Source: Candidatus Latescibacterota bacterium (GTDB lineage Bacteria; Latescibacterota; UBA2968). Taken from it: DNA of 64,000 bases. The notes beneath the pieces are model-generated. The model had not been told where the DNA came from and did not search any database. It saw only the letters and a program-made list of their open reading frames with translations. Positions 1 to 9,172 of this stretch are shown here, in pieces. The number at the start of each line of letters is the position of its first letter. Positions within the stretch are counted from its first letter, which is position 1. Both the position numbers and the translations under genes were made by a program. Location: NCBI GenBank assembly GCA_965205975.1, contig OZ242195.1:4736001-4800000 (forward strand). Direction: 5' to 3'.

Positions 1-2
1 TC

Positions 3-302
3 GGCGAAACCGGCCGCATCATCTCCCGCAACGCCCATGCCCAGTTCGAAATATGGACCCCACATCCCGAAACCGATGCGCCCACCCAGACACACCTACC
101 GGGACCATGGCACCCCAGAAGCTCAATGGTTGACGCCATCGAAGGCGTCTGTCGCTCTATTGAACAGGGCCGCGAGGACATCTGCCCCGGCGAGTTTGGC
201 CGCGAAGCCCTTGAAATCGGCATCGCCATAAGAGAATCTCACCGCCGCGGCAACATCCGCATTGACCTGCCCCTCGAAGATCGCAACTTGAGGATGGGGT
301 AG
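3..302 (+). CDS. Gfo/Idh/MocA family oxidoreductase, C-terminal part (runs off window start)
   Basis: Open frame 3 ending TAG 300-302; translation ...GEFGREALEIGIAIRESHRRGNIRIDLPL is a typical Gfo/Idh/MocA C-terminus. Confidence 0.7.
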   Translation, partial: GETGRIISRNAHAQFEIWTPHPETDAPTQTHLPGPWHPRSSMVDAIEGVCRSIEQGREDICPGEFGREALEIGIAIRESHRRGNIRIDLPLEDRNLRMG

Positions 303-323
303 TCAGCCTGATAAGGAGCCTCC

Positions 324-1439
324 ATGAATACCGTAATCGAAACAGTCGAAACAACACAAACATCCCCCGAAGGATTCTTCACCCTCGCAAAACTCGGCGA
401 ACGCTGGGTCTTGCTCACGCCAGATCGACAGCCCTTCTTCTCAGTTGGACTGAATCACATCGACTCCTCCCCACTGCTGTATCCAGAAAATCTGCCCCGC
501 TGGAAACAGAAATACGACAACAACAGCATCAAATGGATCTGTGAATCCGTATCGCCCGACCTGAAAGCATGGGGATTCAATACCGTCGGCTGGGTACAGG
601 ATGTAACCATTTTAAAACACGCGCACAGTCCGAGTTTCACCCTAAAAGAATATCGCGCGCTATCCATGCCCTACTGCCACCTGCTGCCCTTCATCGAAAC
701 ACATCAATGGAACGCATGGCACAAAAATCCCGACATCTTCAGCAAAGACTTCGAGGACTGGTGCGATTATGTCGCCAGATCCGAATGCGCCCGACTGAGA
801 GAAGAACCGAACTTAATCGGCTATTTTTACTCGGACTGTCCCACCTGGATTCACGTCCGACCTCAAACGACATGGCGCGGAGCCATGTTTGATCCCACAC
901 GACTGGAATCGCAAGCGGGCCGGACTGAACTCTTCAACCTCGCACAGCGATACTACAAAATCACCCACGACGCCATTCGCCGTTATGATCCCCATCACCT
1001 GATCCTCGGAGACCGATACGAAGCACTCGCACCACTCCCAATGGAAATTGTACAGGCTGCCGACCCGTACGTTGACGTACTCAGCTTTCAGGACTTCGGA
1101 GATCCGGTCACACACATGCGCGAATGGCACACCGCCACGGGAAAACCGGTTCTATGGGCAGATGGCTCCCGCCCCCGGGAAACCATCGCGGATGACAGCG
1201 GAAAATACCTGGATGGGGAATATCATCTCGTGGATGGGGAATGGTATGCCGACGCCCTCTACGGCCTCCTGAAAAACCCCGGCGCAATAGGCGCGCATCT
1301 TTGCGGTGGTTATCTCCGAAATCGCTTCCGGCGAAAAGGCCTGATCGATGAACAAGAACAACCCGACCACGAAGCCATATCTGAAATACAAAAAGGCAGT
1401 CGGGTTGTAACACGCTGGCTCGGCGAATTGGAATCCTGA
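324..1439 (+). CDS. Agarase-like TIM-barrel glycoside hydrolase
   Basis: 371 aa ORF with AGGAG RBS; PFFSVGLNH, WGFNTVGW, IRRYDPHHLILGDRY motifs. Confidence 0.65.
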   Translation: MNTVIETVETTQTSPEGFFTLAKLGERWVLLTPDRQPFFSVGLNHIDSSPLLYPENLPRWKQKYDNNSIKWICESVSPDLKAWGFNTVGWVQDVTILKHAHSPSFTLKEYRALSMPYCHLLPFIETHQWNAWHKNPDIFSKDFEDWCDYVARSECARLREEPNLIGYFYSDCPTWIHVRPQTTWRGAMFDPTRLESQAGRTELFNLAQRYYKITHDAIRRYDPHHLILGDRYEALAPLPMEIVQAADPYVDVLSFQDFGDPVTHMREWHTATGKPVLWADGSRPRETIADDSGKYLDGEYHLVDGEWYADALYGLLKNPGAIGAHLCGGYLRNRFRRKGLIDEQEQPDHEAISEIQKGSRVVTRWLGELES

Positions 1440-1456
1440 ACGAACTCGAATGCAGA

Positions 1457-2281
1457 GTGACCATGCCATTAGACCTCGTTACACCGGCTATGACGGATGA
1501 AGCGCCAGCGCCGGGCAAGCGTGTGCGTCAAACTGCGCCGGAATACAGAGGGACCGACGTACACCACGCGCTATACCTTCCCACAGACTGGCAACCCAGG
1601 CGCAAATATCCCGTCATCGTCGAATACACCGGCAACAAATGGGAACCTTGTAAATCAACTGGGAAAGTGGAAGATGCGAACCTGGGCTATGGCATGAGTG
1701 GAGGGCGAGGATTTATCTGGATAACCATGCCATATATAGAAAAAGGAAAAAAAGAAAACGCCGTCACATGGTGGGGCGACAAGCAAGCAACTGTGAACTA
1801 CTGCAAAACCAACCTCCCGAGGATCTGTGAAAAATTTGGAGGCGACCTGCACAACATATTCATCTGCGGCTTCTCGCGCGGAGCCATAGGCACCAGCTAC
1901 ATCGGCCTTGCAGACGACGAAATCGCAGCCTATTGGAAAGGCATCTTCACCCACGACCACTTCGACGGCGAAAGGGAATGGGATTATCCAGAAAGTGATC
2001 GCACATCCGCTCTCACCCGCCTCGCACGGATAAAGGGCAGGCCCGTACTCATCTGCGGGCAGAACGCCAACAGGGTAAAAGATCAATTCCTCAAAGCGCA
2101 CCTCAATCTGGCGCAATTCACATTCCTGAACGTACCAACGGATCAAATATTCAACATCCCCGAAGGCAATATCGTCCACCCGCATACAGACCTGTGGATG
2201 CACAGAGAAAGTGCATATCGCAAGCGTGCCAGAGCATGGCTTAAAAGCGTGCTAAAAGAAACACACTATGCCCAAGGATGA
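1457..2281 (+). CDS. Alpha/beta-hydrolase-fold protein
   Basis: LYLPTDW..KYPVIVEY motif and GFSRG nucleophile elbow. Confidence 0.65.
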   Translation: MTMPLDLVTPAMTDEAPAPGKRVRQTAPEYRGTDVHHALYLPTDWQPRRKYPVIVEYTGNKWEPCKSTGKVEDANLGYGMSGGRGFIWITMPYIEKGKKENAVTWWGDKQATVNYCKTNLPRICEKFGGDLHNIFICGFSRGAIGTSYIGLADDEIAAYWKGIFTHDHFDGEREWDYPESDRTSALTRLARIKGRPVLICGQNANRVKDQFLKAHLNLAQFTFLNVPTDQIFNIPEGNIVHPHTDLWMHRESAYRKRARAWLKSVLKETHYAQG

Positions 2282-3276
2282 AGCACGATCTTTGCGGCTT
2301 CGCCAGCAGCTAAGAGACCGAAAGCCTCCTGAATTTTACTCAGCGGCATAACGTGACTGATCAGCTTATCGATAAGAGGCGACTCAGCAATCACCTGCAT
2401 CACGCCCTCGTAATCCTGCATATTGTACAGCCAGTTTCCCGACACCAGCAACCCTTTGCGAATCAAATCCGGACTCACCTTAATCGGCAAATCCTGGGAA
2501 CACTCGCCGACAAACGCCACCCGTCCGCGCCGCCGCACCGCATCAATACACAGCCGCTCGCCCGCTACAGAACCAGAACAATCCACCGCGCAATCAACCC
2601 CGCGACCATCTGTCAAATCTCGAATACGCGCAAGCGGATCGTCCTGCGGATGCAACACCACCTCTGCACCCAACTCGAGACCGAGAGCAGCGCGCCACGG
2701 CGCAGGCTCCACCGCCAGCACCCGCGCCCCGCGAAACCGAGCATTGATAATACCGCCAAGCCCCACCGGACCCAGACCCGTAATCAGCACCGTATCAAAC
2801 GCACCCACGCCAATAGCCTGCATACCACCAAAGGAAGCGCCGATACCGTCAATCGCCATCGTCGCCTGCTCGTACGTAACCCGTTCGGGAATCGGCAACA
2901 AAAGCCATGAGGGCTTAACCACATAATGGGCAAACGTACCACTGCCATCGCGGCTACCGGTGAACTCGGCAAAGTTGTATGTATCCTCACAATAGATATA
3001 ATCACCAGATCGGCACAAAGCGCAATTGCCACACGGATACTGCGGCATCACCGTAACCCGATCGCCCACCTTCACTCGCCCTGGCTGCGCCACCGCCACC
3101 ACCTCGCCCGCCCCCTCGTGCCCGATCACCTCACGCCGATCCCCCGCCATCCACGCCTTGTACTCCGTACACATCGCCGAAGCATGCACCTTCACCACCG
3201 CCCAATCCTCCTTCGGCTCTGGCACTGGTGCCGGCACCACATCTGACTGTCGCTCTCCAACGATTCTCGCTTTCAT
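2266..3276 (-). CDS. Zinc-dependent medium-chain alcohol/sugar dehydrogenase
   Basis: GHEGAGEV, CxxCxxC-x7-C structural Zn motif, GLGPVG NAD-binding motif. Confidence 0.9.
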   Translation of the reverse strand: MKARIVGERQSDVVPAPVPEPKEDWAVVKVHASAMCTEYKAWMAGDRREVIGHEGAGEVVAVAQPGRVKVGDRVTVMPQYPCGNCALCRSGDYIYCEDTYNFAEFTGSRDGSGTFAHYVVKPSWLLLPIPERVTYEQATMAIDGIGASFGGMQAIGVGAFDTVLITGLGPVGLGGIINARFRGARVLAVEPAPWRAALGLELGAEVVLHPQDDPLARIRDLTDGRGVDCAVDCSGSVAGERLCIDAVRRRGRVAFVGECSQDLPIKVSPDLIRKGLLVSGNWLYNMQDYEGVMQVIAESPLIDKLISHVMPLSKIQEAFGLLAAGEAAKIVLHPWA

Positions 3277-3590
3277 ATTGCCTTCCTAATTAACAGTTGA
3301 GCAGTTTGATGATTTTCGGGAACATCATCAAGCGGAAAGTCATTATGGGTACTGTCACTTGAAAACAACTCGGGATTATCAAGTTCACTATAAATATCAG
3401 CCAGATTATCTTCCAGTTCTTCTAGAGTTTCGCCCTGTGTCCAATAATCTGAATAATCTACAAGATATCCCAGATACCAGGAATCAGAAATCCAATAGAC
3501 ATATTTTAGAATTGTTGCTTCCTCCTTTGGCTCCGGCACCGGTGCCGGCACCACATCAGCCTGCCGCTTTCCAACGATCCTCGCTTTCAT
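3273..3590 (-). CDS. HicB-like antitoxin domain fused to a duplicated dehydrogenase N-terminus
   Basis: YWTQGETLEELEDNLADI is HicB-like; first 24 aa nearly identical to the start of 2266..3276. Confidence 0.65.
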   Translation of the reverse strand: MKARIVGKRQADVVPAPVPEPKEEATILKYVYWISDSWYLGYLVDYSDYWTQGETLEELEDNLADIYSELDNPELFSSDSTHNDFPLDDVPENHQTAQLLIRKAI

Positions 3591-3641
3591 ATTTCACTTC
3601 CCTTGGGAATTATATGAGGGATGTGCAGTCGATCTTGCAAT

Positions 3642-3675
3642 CGTCATTGCGGCATGCTTAAAGCCGCAATCCAGT
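3642..3675. repeat. Palindromic repeat GTCATTGCGGC-N9-GCCGCAATCCAG, inverted relative to the copies at 7277 and 7320
   Basis: Direct comparison of sequences; overlaps the mcrC stop codon. Confidence 0.75.
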
Positions 3676-4944
3676 TGGTTTGTTGTTCAAGTGTTCCAGT
3701 ATTTTTTTTCCGCTACATTCGGACTTAGTCACATCAAAGGGAAAACAAAACAGAGACAATTTCTCATCAAACTTATAGCACAATTTTTTCTTAAACTGCT
3801 CAGTCTTCGGATAGATAAGCGCGACCTGCTTACATCTATACTTTTTCCCATAAGCAAACAACTGGTACATATCGGCTTGGCTGATGCCGTGTTTTGGGTC
3901 ACTTTCCTCTCCGTTAATACGCTTCCACTTGGTATCCAGGATAAATTTCACATCGTCCTGTTTGTCCTGTTTGGTCAAGCTGATATCCGGTTTCATATAA
4001 AAAACACCCTTGCCGCCAATGCAAGCCAACGGTTTTTGCGGTCTTTGTTTATACACAAAAAAATCTTTTTGATACCGTCGAAAGCTCGCCGTAACGAAAT
4101 CTTCAAATACCTCCCACATCGGAAACAACAGCGTCTGGTTGACATGTTTGCCAGAAAATGTAGTCAAACCGTGACCAAACAGAAATAGCCCGACCCACTG
4201 CATCACCTCATCGTAATGCTGCATTGAACGATCCGAACGATTCACTCGATATTGAACCCAGTCGCTTTCAAGGTGCTCTGACTGCGGAATATCGGAAAAA
4301 TTGATACGCAACTGATGGAGCAACTGTTGATTTCTCGGTTGCCGCACAGAACCCATTAATTTATGAATGGTGCTGTGAATCAGGCGATTGGCTGGGCGAT
4401 TGGCACTGAACTCGTCATAGCCGACGTAAAACTGCGCACGATTAGCTATATTTGCACGAATATGCTGCGGAAAGAGGATTCGCCCTCGCAAATAAGGCTG
4501 GTTATCTTCCACTAGCTGGTAGTGACGGGCGAGACCGCGTTGTGTCAGTAAAACGAGATTGTTCAGAAACAGGTGGACAAACACCTCCAGCATATTGAAA
4601 CGCCGCACAGCGTCGATGTGACTCTGGTTGAACTGTGCCAATGATTTGAACCCGCGCCAATCCCGCAGCATCGAAAAAAAAACCTGTTTGGTTTTCTCTG
4701 TATCTTCGGCAAAATCTACCTTCGGCAGAATTTCGAGCACGGTCCCTTTGTGCGTTTCAATAATACCGACGTAGTTTTGCGCGTACAGCCGCTTGTTTTT
4801 CAACTCTAAAACAGGTCGGTAGTTGCCCTGTCCATCCATTTGATTTTCAAGGGCAAAATCCTTCAGGTCTCTCAGTTCATTCTGGCCAAGACCCTTCAGT
4901 TCTTCATGTTCTCTGATGGAGAGGAGATCGTTAATAACGGGCAT
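3658..4944 (-). CDS. mcrC: McrC-family restriction endonuclease subunit
   Basis: QNYVGII..LEILPK, LLFPMWEVFEDFV, KPD...ILDTKWK, ADMYQLFAY motifs; directly downstream of McrB. Confidence 0.9.
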   Translation of the reverse strand: MPVINDLLSIREHEELKGLGQNELRDLKDFALENQMDGQGNYRPVLELKNKRLYAQNYVGIIETHKGTVLEILPKVDFAEDTEKTKQVFFSMLRDWRGFKSLAQFNQSHIDAVRRFNMLEVFVHLFLNNLVLLTQRGLARHYQLVEDNQPYLRGRILFPQHIRANIANRAQFYVGYDEFSANRPANRLIHSTIHKLMGSVRQPRNQQLLHQLRINFSDIPQSEHLESDWVQYRVNRSDRSMQHYDEVMQWVGLFLFGHGLTTFSGKHVNQTLLFPMWEVFEDFVTASFRRYQKDFFVYKQRPQKPLACIGGKGVFYMKPDISLTKQDKQDDVKFILDTKWKRINGEESDPKHGISQADMYQLFAYGKKYRCKQVALIYPKTEQFKKKLCYKFDEKLSLFCFPFDVTKSECSGKKILEHLNNKPTGLRL

Positions 4945-4955
4945 AATCAGGTGTC

Positions 4956-7232
4956 CTATCCGGCTTCACCGGTTTCGCCTTGTCCTTTTTCGTAGATCGC
5001 CTGGTAACTTTCGGGGTCTTCCCATTTGCCATCATCATCGGACAGTTCATAAATTTTTCTTTCTTCATCAATCAAATCTGAATTTTTGAACAAATCGCTC
5101 TTAAAGGGGATTTCGTGAACAAACCCATTGCAATTCAATACCAGATCAATCTTCTCCCAGTTATCGTAAAAGTATTCCTGCAACAGTGGAATGATTTGGT
5201 TTTTAAAAGTTGCCGCGAGGGATTCCTCCCCGTTGCCCTTAATCCTCTTAACATTCATAAAATACGTGTGTCCAATCTGACGCTCGCGATCAAGCAGGAA
5301 ACGGATGCGATCGTTCATTGCATTAAGTAATTTCTGGCAGTCCACATCATCGATATTATCGCTGACATGCTTTGAGTCCGGCATCATCTCGATAAAATCA
5401 AATCGTCGCCGCAATGCGGTATCCAAAGGAGCGATGGAGCGGTCAGCAGTATTCATCGTACCGATGATGTACAGGTTGTCCGGTATGCCGAAAGCGTCTT
5501 GCGAATAAGGCAGGGTAACGGTTGTTTCATCCTTCTTGCTTCCAATCCGTTTGGATGGCTCAATTAGCGTAATCAACTCAGAAAAAATCTTGGCGATATT
5601 ACCGCGATTGATCTCGTCAATAATCAGGACATAATTCCGCTTCTCTACTGTCATTGGTTCTTCCGGCTGCCATTCTTGGTCGTGAAATTGTTTTATTTTT
5701 TGAAATAATGGAAAGTAGTACAGGTAATTTCCATGGTAAGGCCGTTTAGATTCTCTGGTAGGTTTAATATCTCGTGCCGATTTGATCTTCCCCCGATAAA
5801 AAGTCCCGTAATCCCGTTTGATTACACTCTCGGTAAGTCTCTGACCCTTTTTTACGGTACCACCAAGCCGTACAGATCTGAAATTACCGTCTTTTAACCA
5901 ATATATTTCTTCAATAGTGGCACCCCTTTTATCACCGGAAGGAAAGAGATTGATTTCTTCTCCTGATTCCAGCCTGTTCTCTATTGACTCGGCAAATGTT
6001 TGAAGCAATTCATCCATGTTCCATGATTCGTCACCTGTTTGCTCAGATTGTGTCCTATTTTTATTAGCTCGATCTGCAATTTTCTTGAAAACACCTTCAG
6101 AAAGTTCATATTCAATATCTCTGTCATCATCATCCAATACAGGCCTGATACCTTCAATAAAATCCTCATAGGTAAAGTTCTGATGAAACGTCACCATTTC
6201 AATCTGACCTTCCTCTTTCAATTTATCAAATCGCCGTTTTACATCTCGACGGTCATCATTTTCAATCTCATCCAAAGACTTGTCCTCAATAATCGCCACA
6301 GCGTGGTTGACGGTATTATAGGTTTTACCCGTACCTGGCGGACCATAGAGAATTTGGTTCAAAGGGTATTTCATAGTATCTGCTTCCGGTTGCGAATCGC
6401 CTTGATCAGGTTCAGGCCCATTTTTAGGCTTAGAATCTTGCCAAAGTTCACTAAGAGGAGGAGCGTAAAAGTCCAGGTTCCTGGTGCCATATTCTTTTTC
6501 TTTTTGACGCCGTATATCGAGAAGTTCTCGATCTATTTCCAATGCCGACAATCCCTCGACCTCTGCCTTGGTTTTTCCTGTAAATTTCTGGACGATCTCC
6601 CTTCGCTTTGTTCTAGCGAATATGTGTTCAAAATTGTCAGGAAAAAGTAAAAACACGATCATATTGCGAAATTGCCGATCATTACACCCTGGAATCTTTT
6701 CGAGCCACTTGCCAAACTTCCAGCCATCAGAGAGAAGCTTGTGGCGTTCCGGTTCAGGAAGACGTTTGAAAGCAATCATCATGTGGATGAAAAACGCCAA
6801 ATCGTGTGGACGATAATTGAGAAAACCTTGTCCGGGATTACCTGCCCCACCAAGAATCTTATCTGTTACGCAATCAGAATTTTCAGGAAAGGGTTCTCCC
6901 GAACATTCCCAAACACGCCTAATGTGCGTACGCTTTGTTGAAGCACTAATAACAGTGTCCGGACATAAATACATGACCCACAACATCTCCGCAGCCAGTT
7001 GCTTGACCTCGGGTTCCGTCACGGCAAGTTGCTTTTCCAGTTTATCGACAAAGCCACCTTTACCCTCATCAGGCTGCTTGATAACGTATTCCTCCAAGTC
7101 TTGAAGATTAGACAATGTCCACACTGGTTCCTGTGCAAATACTGATCCATCTGACAGCAAGGCAACGTCTTTCCAATGTTGGCTGGCATCCAGCATCCGT
7201 TCGACACGCCTTTGAGCATGATTATGACTCAT
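4956..7232 (-). CDS. mcrB: McrB-family AAA+ GTPase of type IV restriction system
   Basis: GPPGTGKT, TFHQNFTYEDFIEG, IIDEINRGN, GTMNTADRS, ALRRRF, IGHTYF motifs. Confidence 0.9.
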   Translation of the reverse strand: MSHNHAQRRVERMLDASQHWKDVALLSDGSVFAQEPVWTLSNLQDLEEYVIKQPDEGKGGFVDKLEKQLAVTEPEVKQLAAEMLWVMYLCPDTVISASTKRTHIRRVWECSGEPFPENSDCVTDKILGGAGNPGQGFLNYRPHDLAFFIHMMIAFKRLPEPERHKLLSDGWKFGKWLEKIPGCNDRQFRNMIVFLLFPDNFEHIFARTKRREIVQKFTGKTKAEVEGLSALEIDRELLDIRRQKEKEYGTRNLDFYAPPLSELWQDSKPKNGPEPDQGDSQPEADTMKYPLNQILYGPPGTGKTYNTVNHAVAIIEDKSLDEIENDDRRDVKRRFDKLKEEGQIEMVTFHQNFTYEDFIEGIRPVLDDDDRDIEYELSEGVFKKIADRANKNRTQSEQTGDESWNMDELLQTFAESIENRLESGEEINLFPSGDKRGATIEEIYWLKDGNFRSVRLGGTVKKGQRLTESVIKRDYGTFYRGKIKSARDIKPTRESKRPYHGNYLYYFPLFQKIKQFHDQEWQPEEPMTVEKRNYVLIIDEINRGNIAKIFSELITLIEPSKRIGSKKDETTVTLPYSQDAFGIPDNLYIIGTMNTADRSIAPLDTALRRRFDFIEMMPDSKHVSDNIDDVDCQKLLNAMNDRIRFLLDRERQIGHTYFMNVKRIKGNGEESLAATFKNQIIPLLQEYFYDNWEKIDLVLNCNGFVHEIPFKSDLFKNSDLIDEERKIYELSDDDGKWEDPESYQAIYEKGQGETGEAG

Positions 7233-7276
7233 TTAATACCTCATTGTGAATAGTAATAGATCAGAAGAAGCGATAG

Positions 7277-7354
7277 ACTGGATCGCGGCTAAAACCGTGC
7301 CGCAATGACAATCAAAACTACTGGATCGCGGCTCAACACCAGGCCGCGATGACG
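7277..7354. repeat. Two tandem palindromic repeats CTGGATCGCGGC-N9/10-GCCGCRATGAC
   Basis: Copies at 7277-7309 and 7320-7354. Confidence 0.75.
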
Positions 7355-7359
7355 GCTCC

Positions 7360-7671
7360 TTATTCATCCATATCCGCCCCTGCTTCTGTAAGAACGCGAA
7401 CAACCTCACGGAGCTCATCCTTGTTCTTAATCGTCGAACGCAACGCAGCCATAAGCGGCGTATGTCCCGCGCGGTCTCGCAAATCGACTTCGGCACCTCG
7501 TTCGAGAAGCAGAGAAACAATCTCCACAAAACCCGCCCTTGCCGCGCAGTGCAACGCGGTCTGGCCCTTGTAATTGCGCGCATTCACATCTGCGCCGCGC
7601 GCGATCAAATCCCGGATGCGATCAACACTCCCACCGCGGTCTCCACGAGCCTGAAAAACAATCGGCGGCCA
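7360..7671 (-). pseudogene. 5'-truncated ankyrin-repeat protein
   Basis: GADVNARNYKGQTALHCAA and GHTPLMAA ankyrin repeats; frame is closed by TAG at 7672-7674 with no evident start/RBS. Confidence 0.7.
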
Positions 7672-7680
7672 CTATCCTCT

Positions 7681-8042
7681 TCAAATATTCTCTGTCCATT
7701 CTGCAGGAGGCCAAGAGCCAATATCCTGTCCCATTGCACGCAGCAAGACACCGAATGAACTGGTCAGCTTGCGGAAGGATCGACATTGAGCATAGGCGGC
7801 TCCCATGGAGAATGTCGCGCTGAAAGCTGGCTGATCCGCTGTCTCCAGATAGCTTCTGCCCGCACTCATTCGCGCTTCCAATTGTTCCTTCGCGCCACGC
7901 GGCATCTCCGGTTTTGATTGCGCCGAATCGGTCTGCCAATATCTATTTCCCAGGCCTCCGCTTCTGCGATCAAACGCCGCAACAGCACTGGTGCTGCGGC
8001 TACCTCACCGTGGCCCTCTACGATTGGTTGGATCTTATTCAC
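7681..8042 (-). pseudogene. DUF4276-like protein with internal deletion and frameshift
   Basis: GTG start overlaps ATPase stop; N-term IQPIVEGHGEVAAAPVLLRRL then frame change to C-term SYLETADQPAFSA..CRSFRKL. Confidence 0.7.
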
Positions 8043-9172
8043 TTGAGGTCTTCCTCGAACAACGCAATTTCAGATGAATCGGACACGTACTGATCGGCGG
8101 CCACCAATGCGTTGGACCGCATCAATTCACCTGCGCCCATCAGATGTTCTTTCAGTGCCACACGCGAGGCTTCAGAAACCGGGGCAATTTGCGTTTCCCC
8201 CTCTTCCCAACTCACAATTCGTAAGTGATGATCCTCAATCCACGAGGCGTCAAGAATATCGGGGCTATGGGTTGTTACAATCGTCTGCATGAAGCGGCCT
8301 GCGTGTCTCAACAAATCGAGAACCGAGCCAAGCCCCCCCGGATGTATCGTCACTTCCGGTTCCTCAATCACCAAAACTGAAGGCGGGATTGGCTGAAAAA
8401 CAGCCGCGAGAAGGCCCAATACACGCAAAGTTCCATCGGACATATTGTGCGCTTCAAACGTCACTTGTTCTGACTCTGCCCATCTCTGTATAAATTCCAG
8501 CGATAGCTTGTCGCCATGCGCCTTTGGCCTCACGTCGGTTGTTCCAGGAACAATTTTTTCCAGAAGATCGCGGATTATCTGCCAGTTATTCGGCGATCTT
8601 TTCTCAATCTCGCGCAACACACTGGCTGCGTTACGCCCATCAAAACGCAATCGAAATCCCTGGTCCGGATCTTGCATTTCGCGTAGCTCATCCGGTTGGA
8701 TTCGGTACACTCGCATCATCGACAAAAATCGAAAAGCTGGCAAAAACCGCTTATCGCCTCCAACTAGGGGCAAAGCAAGGGTGTTCGCTTCCAAAGCTGG
8801 GGCCAGTGTGGTCGTGCTGCTCCGAAATGTGTTGGGCGAGCGTTCGAACCAGTCGAGTGAACCATCTCGCCGCAAAACAAAGCACTGTTCGCGCACGACT
8901 TCAAAGTCATAGTCCGTCACGCCACGCAATTCAAATGCGTAAATAGCCCGACTCGTTTCAGTGTCTAAATTTTCCAGTTCGACCTTCAGCCCCAAGTTGG
9001 ATGGACGCCTTTTCGAAGTACTTCGATATTCAACCGAAGTGATCCCTCTACGACGATCCAACACTGCTGGCAGGGGGATGATCATCGCCTCGGAGAGAAA
9101 AGAGAACACATCGGCAATATTGCTCTTGCCAGCACCGTTTTGACCGACTAAAAATGTCGGATTACTGAACTC
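8039..9172 (-). pseudogene. AAA_21/ABC-type ATPase, 5' end cut by IS630
   Basis: Frame extends to LVGQNGAGKS Walker A right at the IS boundary; MSDGT, IEEPE, TTHSP motifs; no start codon before the IS. Confidence 0.8.
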
